Virus record (IMG/VR): IMGVR_UViG_3300045988_171958
Location: 230,492 to 294,491 of that record
Source: a virus
Direction: 5' to 3' (one strand)
DNA length: 64,000 bases
This document shows positions 9,262-16,089 of this stretch, one piece after another (the stretch's first letter is position 1; each line of letters starts with the position of its first letter). The notes under the pieces are model-generated. The model searched no databases and was not told the origin of the DNA. It saw only the letters and a program-made list of their open reading frames with translations. The translations under genes were made by a program, and so were the position numbers.

Positions 9262-9344
9262 GGGTAGATAGATAAGTGGTTAAAATGGTTTGACTGTAAA
9301 TCAAATGGCTTCGGCCTTCGGGAGTTCGAATCTCTCTCTGCCCA
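9262..9344 (+). tRNA. tRNA-Tyr(GTA), type II
   Basis: Acceptor GGGTAGA/TCTGCCC. Anticodon arm TTTGA-CTGTAAA-TCAAA. Variable arm GGCTTCGGCC. T-loop AGTTCGAATCT. Confidence 0.85.
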
Positions 9345-9493
9345 CCGGGTCAAAAGAGCAAATGATAATCATGACAAAGTGATGTGTGAACAATTTAGAT
9401 ATAATCAACGCTTTACGTTGCTTGCAACTAAAGTTATTGTGAAAGCCACATAGGAGATTGATGTGCAGCTAACTGAGACTTTAATCAGTATTT

Positions 9494-9570
9494 GGAGTAT
9501 TAAGCCCTGTTGGTAAGGGAACTAGACTGTCACTCTAGTAAAACTAAGGGTTCGAGTCCCTTATGCTCCG
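9494..9570 (+). tRNA. tRNA-Asp(GTC)
   Basis: Acceptor GGAGTAT/ATGCTCC. Anticodon arm CTAGA-CTGTCAC-TCTAG. T arm AAGGG-TTCGAGT-CCCTT. Confidence 0.8.
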
Positions 9571-9579
9571 CAAATAGAT

Positions 9580-9651
9580 TGGACTATGGTGTAACTGGAA
9601 ACACTACAGATTTTGGTTCTGTCATTCGGAGTTCGAACCTCCGTGGTCCAA
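9580..9651 (+). tRNA. tRNA-Gln(TTG)
   Basis: Acceptor TGGACTA/TGGTCCA. Anticodon arm ACAGA-TTTTGGT-TCTGT. T arm CGGAG-TTCGAAC-CTCCG. Confidence 0.85.
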
Positions 9652-9657
9652 CAATTT

Positions 9658-9768
9658 AGGTGGTTATATCAGTTGGTTAACTTAGTTCTTGAACAGAACA
9701 TAAGTGATGTTCATTAGATAGCTTGCCTGATAAGCAAGAGGTCATAGGTTCAAGTCCTATATCACCTA
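9658..9768 (+). tRNA. tRNA-Ile(GAT)-like gene with ~37-nt hairpin insertion in the D-loop
   Basis: Acceptor AGGTGGT/ATCACCT. Anticodon arm CTTGC-CTGATAA-GCAAG. T arm ATAGG-TTCAAGT-CCTAT. D stem TATC/GATA encloses AGTTGGTTA plus an inserted hairpin ACTTAGTTC-TTGAACA-GAACATAAGT. Confidence 0.55.
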
Positions 9769-9777
9769 CAAGATTCT

Positions 9778-9808
9778 TTGAAATTTTGGATATAGTTATT
9801 CTATATTT
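9778..9808 (+). promoter_or_regulatory. sigma70-like promoter TTGAAA-N18-TATATT
   Basis: CTTTGAAAT then TTCTATATTT, immediately upstream of tRNA-Ile(TAT) and ORF 9907. Confidence 0.4.
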
Positions 9809-9821
9809 AATATAAATAAAT

Positions 9822-9895
9822 ACTCCAGTAACTCAGTTGGTTAGAGTGCTCGGCTTATACCCAAGTGGTCGGGGGTTCAAGTCCCTCCTGGAGTA
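9822..9895 (+). tRNA. tRNA-Ile(TAT)
   Basis: Acceptor ACTCCAG/CTGGAGT. D arm ACTC-AGTTGGTTA-GAGT. Anticodon loop CTTATAC (stem CTCGG/CCAAG with one C.A mismatch). T arm GGGGG-TTCAAGT-CCCTC. Confidence 0.7.
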
Positions 9896-9906
9896 CTATT
9901 AAATGT

Positions 9907-10530
9907 ATGGATTTAATAAAAAGTTATGCAAGTAAATGTTGTACAGGGCAAAAGAAAATAGCTTATTGTGTAGATTGTGGGAAAGAACTTATAATTTATA
10001 AAAGAGCTTCTTCAAAAACTTGTAGATGTGATAATTGCAGAAAAAACCGCATTAGACAAAAAAGACTACAATATAGATTAAATTTTTTAAATAATGATTA
10101 TGAAATTCATTTTGGTAGAAAATATTCAAAAGAAAGCTGGCTAGCATTACATAATGGTGGTTGTAAAGGAATACAACATCAAGGTGATTTAAGACGTAGT
10201 AAAAATGAAATAGAATTTTGTAAATTATGTGAAGAATATTTTAATAATGTTAAACATAATGAATGTATATTTAATGGATGGGATGCAGATATAATAATAG
10301 AAGATATAAAATTCGCGGTATTATGGAATGGTCCATGGCATTATAAACAAATTACGAAATCTCATTCAGTTAAGCAAATACAAAATAGGGATAAAATAAA
10401 GATAAAAGAAATTAAAGAATCTGGTTGGACACCTTATATTATAAAAGATATGGGTAAGGCAAATAAAGATTTTGTTAAAGAAAAATTTGATGAATTCTTG
10501 AAATATTTAAAAGAAAATACTATTATTTAA
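9907..10530 (+). CDS. putative homing endonuclease: N-terminal Cys4 zinc ribbon plus Vsr/PD-(D/E)xK-like nuclease core
   Basis: I moved the start to ATG 9907, because the track start 9865 overlaps tRNA-Ile. Motifs: CVDCG...CRCDNC, SKNEIEF, WDADIII, FAVLWNGPWHY (compare Vsr FVxGCFWH) and RDKIK...GW. Free-standing inside the tRNA array. Confidence 0.5.
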   Translation: MDLIKSYASKCCTGQKKIAYCVDCGKELIIYKRASSKTCRCDNCRKNRIRQKRLQYRLNFLNNDYEIHFGRKYSKESWLALHNGGCKGIQHQGDLRRSKNEIEFCKLCEEYFNNVKHNECIFNGWDADIIIEDIKFAVLWNGPWHYKQITKSHSVKQIQNRDKIKIKEIKESGWTPYIIKDMGKANKDFVKEKFDEFLKYLKENTII

Positions 10531-10546
10531 ATAGTTAATTATATAT

Positions 10547-10628
10547 CGTGGGTGAGTGAAACGGATATTTATAAATCACGTCGGTCTCATAAGCCGTACA
10601 ATAGTGGGTTCGACTCCCACACCCATCA
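10547..10628 (+). tRNA. tRNA-Met(CAT) second copy, enlarged D-loop, mismatched 1:72 pair
   Basis: Acceptor CGTGGGT/ACCCATC (C.C at 1:72, G.T at 2:71). D stem GTGA/TCAC with 16-nt loop. Anticodon loop CTCATAA. T arm GTGGG-TTCGACT-CCCAC. Confidence 0.55.
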
Positions 10629-10652
10629 CTAACAAAGAAATTCTAAACTTAA

Positions 10653-10725
10653 GGATCGATAGCTCAGTTGGTAGAGCAACTTGCTGTTAACAAGAAGGTC
10701 GTCAGTTCGAATCTGGCTCGGTCCG
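10653..10725 (+). tRNA. tRNA-Asn(GTT)
   Basis: Acceptor GGATCGA/TCGGTCC. D arm TAGCTCAGTTGGTAGAGC. Anticodon loop CTGTTAA. T-loop AGTTCGAATCT. Confidence 0.8.
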
Positions 10726-10922
10726 CAAACGGCAACGATTATTTAGAGGCGGCTTAACTGCTACTCGAATGTGATATGGGTTGGATAATCACCAACATGG
10801 TCAAGGACATGCACACTTCTTGATATTGACGCGACAAAACAAGATGAAGCCTAATATTACGGTGAAAGTCGAACTCTTTCTTGAATTCATCCTCTTTGTC
10901 AATTGATAGAATCCTTGAATTT

Positions 10923-10997
10923 GGGGTCAATAGCTCAGTTGACTAGAGCACTTGATTTGCATTCAAAAGGTCCAGGGTTTGAATCCCTGTGGCTCCA
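10923..10997 (+). tRNA. tRNA-Ala(TGC) with G3:U70
   Basis: Acceptor GGGGTCA/TGGCTCC gives a G3.T70 wobble. Anticodon loop TTTGCAT. T arm CAGGG-TTTGAAT-CCCTG. Confidence 0.85.
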
Positions 10998-11139
10998 CAA
11001 GTAATAGAGAGGACCTAGCATTTAACTAGGTGGTTGTTAGAGGTGTCAGTGCAATCTACAGGTACTCCTGATAGCTCAATGTATTACGAGAATATGGTCA
11101 TGATAGTTTGCACATCTGATGCCATATTTGATTTTATAT

Positions 11140-11212
11140 GCCATTATAGCTCAATTGGTAGAGCATCTGTCTTGTAAACAGAAGGTTATCGGATCATACC
11201 CGGTTAATGGCT
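11140..11212 (+). tRNA. tRNA-Thr(TGT), atypical T-loop
   Basis: Acceptor GCCATTA/TAATGGC. Anticodon arm TCTGT-CTTGTAA-ACAGA. T arm ATCGG-ATCATAC-CCGGT (non-canonical loop). Confidence 0.7.
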
Positions 11213-11233
11213 CAAATTATTTATGGAAAAGAA

Positions 11234-11259
11234 AAAGAGCATTCTTAAGAATGCTCTTT
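11234..11259. terminator. bidirectional palindromic terminator (CTTAAG apex)
   Basis: AAAGAGCATTCTTAAGAATGCTCTTT is a perfect palindrome flanked by A and T runs. It lies between the end of the tRNA array (+) and gene 11268 (-). Confidence 0.7.
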
Positions 11260-11267
11260 ATTTGTAT

Positions 11268-12125
11268 TTATTTATATGTATAAAATTGTACCCATTTATC
11301 TTTATCTTTCTTAACTTCTTCTATCAAATCCATAGCTTCATCAACCGCTTTGTTTATTGCTTTTGACAATTCTTTTGTCTCTAATGATTTATATGGGTCA
11401 TCATCGTAGCTAGCTGAACCTGGTTTACCAATATAAAGCTGCCAATCTCCATTTTCTTTCTTTTTACCTATTAAGAAATCTATTTCTATTCCAGCTTTCT
11501 TGTCCCTATGTACATATTCTATCTTAAGATATTTCTCACCTTCTTTCAAGTCTGTTACTTGCTTATCTGGGGCAGTAAATATCTTAAATTGAATCTCAGA
11601 ACGTTGCTTAGCTTTAGCATCATCTTTTGCTCCATCTTGACCTAATGCCGGACTACTATTATTTTCAGTATTTCCATCATCTCCTGTATCTGATGTTTCT
11701 TCTGAAGCCGCATCATCCATACCTTGACCTTCTTCTTCCTCTCCTTCTTCTAATACATACTTTATCTTATCTTTCCACGTCTTTCCTTCAACCATAGGGA
11801 TCATTGTTATCAAATTTATGGCTTCACAATATAATTTAGGATTCTCAATTATATTTTCTACTTTACTAGAAAGACTTTTCACTTTCTCTATATAATCATT
11901 ATTCTCTACAGTAAGTAGTATTGTAGAATCTGGGTTCACATAACACTCCACTGTAATAGAAGGACTATCATCATCTGACAAATACTTTAAATATTTGCCT
12001 TCATCTAGTATTCCTTCATATATAGTAGATCCAAACTTTTTCAATATGCAATTATGCTCCGTCATATATTTCCATATAGATGGAGCATTGTCATGTACAT
12101 AACGTAATGATACAAAATTTCTCAT
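11268..12125 (-). CDS. hypothetical protein with acidic Gly/Asp/Glu-rich linker
   Basis: 285-aa ORF downstream of the terminase gene. Central EEGEEEEGQGMDDAASEETSDTGDDG tract. No motif recognised. Confidence 0.6.
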   Translation of the reverse strand: MRNFVSLRYVHDNAPSIWKYMTEHNCILKKFGSTIYEGILDEGKYLKYLSDDDSPSITVECYVNPDSTILLTVENNDYIEKVKSLSSKVENIIENPKLYCEAINLITMIPMVEGKTWKDKIKYVLEEGEEEEGQGMDDAASEETSDTGDDGNTENNSSPALGQDGAKDDAKAKQRSEIQFKIFTAPDKQVTDLKEGEKYLKIEYVHRDKKAGIEIDFLIGKKKENGDWQLYIGKPGSASYDDDPYKSLETKELSKAINKAVDEAMDLIEEVKKDKDKWVQFYTYK

Positions 12126-12325
12126 AGTGTATTTTATATTCTATTTAAAAATTGCTAGACAATTTAGACTTTTGATTTCAATCAAATTAAAAATAAATTT
12201 ATCGGTACAATTGACCTACATCAATTAATTATGCGGTTTTCAAAAAATTCCTTTATTTTTATAACTGTTTTTTAAATTCAAATCTATATTTAATTTGAAT
12301 GATAAATATATCTAATGTGTTAATC

Positions 12326-12424
12326 ATGAAGATATTAAAGAAAATAGGAGATATCTATTTGAGAGTAATTGCATTATCAATATGTTACCCTTCAAATGAG
12401 ATGAATTATAAAAACAAAACATAA
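12326..12424 (+). CDS. micro-ORF 1 (32 aa, MKILKKIGDIY...)
   Basis: Below the ORF-track cutoff. First of three consecutive small ORFs with similar M-(K/R)-x-(L/M)-K-K-(I/L) starts, downstream of a TATATT box at 12285. Confidence 0.3.
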   Translation: MKILKKIGDIYLRVIALSICYPSNEMNYKNKT

Positions 12425-12428
12425 AAGG

Positions 12429-12527
12429 ATGAAAACTATGAAGAAGTTAATTAAGAAATTTTGGGATTCATATAAAGAAGCTATGTCCCTCTATGGTGAA
12501 GCAATCATCATGTCAAAATCAGTTTAA
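12429..12527 (+). CDS. micro-ORF 2 (32 aa, MKTMKKLIKKFWDSYKEAMSLYGEAIIMSKSV)
   Basis: AAGG 2-3 nt upstream of the ATG. Starts 4 nt after the micro-ORF 1 stop. Amphipathic basic peptide. Confidence 0.35.
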   Translation: MKTMKKLIKKFWDSYKEAMSLYGEAIIMSKSV

Positions 12528-12541
12528 ATTTAAATTAAAAA

Positions 12542-12652
12542 ATGAGAACTATGAAGAAAATTCTAAATGCTATCAAAAGAAACATGAAGGTATCTGCAGA
12601 ACTTGGTTTGATGAACTGCACTGGATCTATACCTTTGTGGGCAACAAAGTAA
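12542..12652 (+). CDS. micro-ORF 3 (36 aa, MRTMKKILNAIKRNMKVSAELGLMNCTGSIPLWATK)
   Basis: Its N-terminus is paralogous to micro-ORF 2. Followed by two hairpins (12678-12700 and 12709-12736). Confidence 0.35.
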   Translation: MRTMKKILNAIKRNMKVSAELGLMNCTGSIPLWATK

Positions 12653-12708
12653 CATTCGACATTTGAGATCCAAAATGCCAAAGGGGAATGGCTCCTTTGG
12701 TTGATGCT

Positions 12709-12736
12709 GACAGGACATTAAGTTCTGTCATTTTTT
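12709..12736 (+). terminator. rho-independent terminator
   Basis: GACAG-GACATTAAGTT-CTGTC followed by ATTTTTT. Preceded by a second hairpin CCAAAGG-N9-CCTTTGG. Confidence 0.5.
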
Positions 12737-12778
12737 GTATATTTCGAAGATTTTTATATAGATATTTTAACTTAAGGT

Positions 12779-13222
12779 ATGGACTTTTCTAAAATGACTG
12801 TATATATAAAGAAAGCAATAAAAGGTAATTTCTTCAGTAAGCTCATTCAACAGAATTCAGGATATAGCAGCAAAAGCTTCTTTCTAGTTGTTGTTACATT
12901 CATAGGTACTCTACTGCTTGCTGTACCAATATTCTCTCTTACTATAGAAGCTTGGTACAACCATACTATAACTACTGACTTGACAGCAATGGCAGCTTAT
13001 ATAACAGCAGTAGCAGCTGTATTCACATCAGTAGGTCTTACAAAAGTGTGGTCAGAAAAATATGAGCATAAACTTCCTGGTCCTGATGGAAAATTTGGAA
13101 CAAATGATGATATTATCATAAATGTTACAGATGAAGAATATAATAAAATATTAGATGTAATGAATAAGCAATGCAATCACCAGGATGGCGGCTGGGATGG
13201 CCAGGGAGCGGATAATTGCTAA
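12779..13222 (+). CDS. membrane protein (two predicted TM helices)
   Basis: 147-aa ORF with hydrophobic stretches FFLVVVTFIGTLLLAVPIFSL and MAAYITAVAAVFTSVGL. Its last ~14 codons are supplied by the GC-rich structured element. Confidence 0.55.
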   Translation: MDFSKMTVYIKKAIKGNFFSKLIQQNSGYSSKSFFLVVVTFIGTLLLAVPIFSLTIEAWYNHTITTDLTAMAAYITAVAAVFTSVGLTKVWSEKYEHKLPGPDGKFGTNDDIIINVTDEEYNKILDVMNKQCNHQDGGWDGQGADNC

Positions 13223-13266
13223 TAAGTATAATTTATCAGATGACCAAATTATCCGCCATCCTGGTG
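13178..13266 (+). promoter_or_regulatory. GC-rich structured inverted-repeat element, copy A
   Basis: 14-bp perfect arms CACCAGGATGGCGG / CCGCCATCCTGGTG. Inner alternative pairing GCGGATAATT / AATTATCCGC. Core CAGGGAGCGGATAATT is identical to copy B. T-rich tract follows. Confidence 0.55.
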
Positions 13267-13290
13267 AATATTTTATATCAAGAACTGAAG

Positions 13291-16089
13291 TTAGTTGAAT
13301 TGCCTGAATCTAGCTCTCAATGGATCTTGGTTATATTGTCCAGGCATATCATATATGCTTGGTTCATTTCCATATCCATTAGGTGATCCATAGAAATCAT
13401 TCATAGATGGCAATCCTTGTTGCATACCTGTATTGTACATTGTATACATGTTAGGTATACTGGTACTTGCATTACTTTGTGTTTCTCTATATATACTAGA
13501 AGATTCTGCAGCAGCAGTAGGTAAATTTCTGTTATCCAATGATACTGTTATCTGTTTCTCTTCTTTCTTCTTTTGCAATACATTAGACATCATATCTGCT
13601 ATCTTCTTAAGCATATCTAGTTTCTTCATTTCTGATTCTTCCTTTTCTATTTGTTCCCATTGTCCAGTAGCTTTCATCTCTATCTCCCACTCTTCCATGA
13701 AATCTTTATATTTTGTAGTATTCTTAAGAAGTGGAAGTTGTACAAAAGTCATTATCAAATCATCATGGCCGTATGCAGCAGCATAACTGCCATTTCCATT
13801 CTTATCTTCAAAATTCTCAAGCTCTGAAACAGTAAGCAAGTCTGTTATTATGACATCAAACTTCTCTAACATCATCTTAAGCAATGCACATGCAGATATC
13901 TTAGTAGCATGACTCAATCTGATACCTGGAATTGTCTTGCTGTTTTTGAATCCATTCAAATTAGCAATATTGTCTTCTTGACTGCCTTTCTTGTATCTTA
14001 TCAAATTAGCCAAGTCAAATTCACCTAATGGATTTACTTGCCATCTCCAACTTGCCTCTGGCATATATTCAGGTTCATTCAAATTCTTAAGATAGTTGTA
14101 GAATAAAGCACCATAAGTATTCCATTCTACTGACACTATAGTCTTATTAGGATTGAATAACTGTCCATACAATACCCAGAACTCTAAGCTAGCTTGTTCC
14201 AAATCTATAGTATTGCAATGCCAATATCCTATTTGTTCAAACTTATCTTTTCCTATTACTTCTATTATGTTGAATGTTGTAAAGTCATTACCACCACCTT
14301 CTGCTAAGTCAACTAATATGATGAACCATCCAATCTTCAAATAATGCAAGTCATAATCTTTCTTGAACTTAAATTCTGTCTTATGTAAGCTGAAATACCA
14401 ACTATCATCTGTAGGTGTCTCAAACAAGTAAGTCAAGTCTCTTATCTTTCCTAAGCATTCTCTTGATACAAGACATTTATCAGATGCAGAGAATTGTGTA
14501 CCATATTGATAGTAGAAAGCTTCTTCTGAACCTAAGACACCAACCATCATAGCTTTCCAAGCATTATCTCTCTTCTTCCAAATATGATTGTCAGGATCCC
14601 ATTGAGGAACTTGCCACCAATCTACTTTAAATGGAGCATACATAGACTTTCCTGTTTCTGCGGCATGCCATAGCTTATAGAACAAATTGAATCCATTTTG
14701 TGTTGACATGATACATATATTAGAGCTTGTATCTGCAGTAACAGTAGGAAGAATGTTGTTGTAGAACAATTCAACATCATTAGGTGGACACCAAGCAAAC
14801 TCATCAAGTATCAAGAAGTTTATTGTCTTACCAAGACCGGCAGTAGGAGAGAAAGCTTCAGTAGATATTGTAGAGTTGTTGTCAAAAGCTATCTCTGACT
14901 GATTCCACTTCAAAGTACCAAGCTTCAGATGGTAAGGAAGATACAGATACATATCTTTTATCTTCTTTATCAAATCTTGTCCTGCTGGACCAGACTTAGA
15001 AAGTATCAATGCATTTCTATCATTTCTGAACAATACTGACCAAAGACAGAATATTGCTGTAGTTGTTGAGTTGTGACTCAATATTCCATTAGTATAATAT
15101 CTGTGATAAGGATGTTCTACTGAAACATCACACATAGATACTTTTGTTTTAGATACTGAAACAGACTTTACCATAGATGGTCCTCTATCTGTCATTATTT
15201 TAGATAGGTTTTCAACAAGTTTATCAGCATATATTATATCTAAGTTTTCATCAAACAACATGTGTTTGTCTGCACATTCTATAGAATACCCATTTTCAAG
15301 GATTACCTTATATATTGCAAATGGCTTAGTATTGTAAATGTATGATATTGGTTGATATCCAACATCTGTCAATACTTTTATCCTATATTCAGAAATATCT
15401 ATTTCTTTAGTGGTTTTACAGTTATCTAAAAGTTCCTTATGAAATACAAAATTGTATTCTAACCAATCAACAACTTCTACTGCTTTATAGTTTTCTTTTT
15501 TATATAGATAATATTTCAGTTTCCAGAAAGCAGAGTTATCAAACAAGTTTTGAAATTCATAAAAAGGCAATTCAAACAAATAGTCAGATCCACTTTTTAC
15601 ATATTTGAAATTCTTAAAAAGATATGTGAATTTTTGTTTACCAAACTGAATACCATAATTGTTTATGAATGCATTAGTAAACAAAAACTTCACCGTTGTA
15701 TTTTGTAAAAGGCACTTTCCACTTTGTCTGCAACTTAAAAACAGGCTGAATCTGTTTTGTTGAAGATGTCTCATGTAATCTTCCTGATAGTCACGGAGTA
15801 TTACTGGTTGCAAACCAGTTGGGGTCATAAGATAGCATTTGGTAGCAAAGTACAATGGATCTTCCATACAATGCATATAATCTTCTATCTCTTCTTGTGT
15901 ACGCTTGAAGACCAGATCTGGCTTCAATAACTTAGTATTCTTACCAATAAAAGGGTTTGCTTTCAATGGCAAACCCTTCTTCATAGCATCTACAGCTTTC
16001 TCAAGTACTGAACAGCTCCAGATAACTGCTTCTGCCTCTTTTCCTCCTTTATCTCTCTTTACTGGATCAAATTCAAATTCTTTAGCCAT
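13291..16089 (-). CDS. terL: terminase large subunit, T4 gp17-like, interrupted by an intein
   Basis: Motifs recalled from gp17: LRDYQEDY, Walker A SCRQSGK/STTTAIF (split), FLILDEFAW, MSTQNGFNLFYKLW and YGHDDLIM. 932 aa including ~215 aa of intein. Confidence 0.85.
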   Translation of the reverse strand: MAKEFEFDPVKRDKGGKEAEAVIWSCSVLEKAVDAMKKGLPLKANPFIGKNTKLLKPDLVFKRTQEEIEDYMHCMEDPLYFATKCYLMTPTGLQPVILRDYQEDYMRHLQQNRFSLFLSCRQSGKCLLQNTTVKFLFTNAFINNYGIQFGKQKFTYLFKNFKYVKSGSDYLFELPFYEFQNLFDNSAFWKLKYYLYKKENYKAVEVVDWLEYNFVFHKELLDNCKTTKEIDISEYRIKVLTDVGYQPISYIYNTKPFAIYKVILENGYSIECADKHMLFDENLDIIYADKLVENLSKIMTDRGPSMVKSVSVSKTKVSMCDVSVEHPYHRYYTNGILSHNSTTTAIFCLWSVLFRNDRNALILSKSGPAGQDLIKKIKDMYLYLPYHLKLGTLKWNQSEIAFDNNSTISTEAFSPTAGLGKTINFLILDEFAWCPPNDVELFYNNILPTVTADTSSNICIMSTQNGFNLFYKLWHAAETGKSMYAPFKVDWWQVPQWDPDNHIWKKRDNAWKAMMVGVLGSEEAFYYQYGTQFSASDKCLVSRECLGKIRDLTYLFETPTDDSWYFSLHKTEFKFKKDYDLHYLKIGWFIILVDLAEGGGNDFTTFNIIEVIGKDKFEQIGYWHCNTIDLEQASLEFWVLYGQLFNPNKTIVSVEWNTYGALFYNYLKNLNEPEYMPEASWRWQVNPLGEFDLANLIRYKKGSQEDNIANLNGFKNSKTIPGIRLSHATKISACALLKMMLEKFDVIITDLLTVSELENFEDKNGNGSYAAAYGHDDLIMTFVQLPLLKNTTKYKDFMEEWEIEMKATGQWEQIEKEESEMKKLDMLKKIADMMSNVLQKKKEEKQITVSLDNRNLPTAAAESSSIYRETQSNASTSIPNMYTMYNTGMQQGLPSMNDFYGSPNGYGNEPSIYDMPGQYNQDPLRARFRQFN
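15070..15714 (-). mobile_element. intein (Hint domain) inserted in the TerL Walker A P-loop
   Basis: Residues 126-340: starts CLLQNTTVKF (block A Cys1). Block-B-like GYSIECADKHMLF. C-terminal VSMCDVSVEHPYHRYYTNGILSHN followed by the +1 Ser. Removal restores RQSGK-STTTA. Confidence 0.75.
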
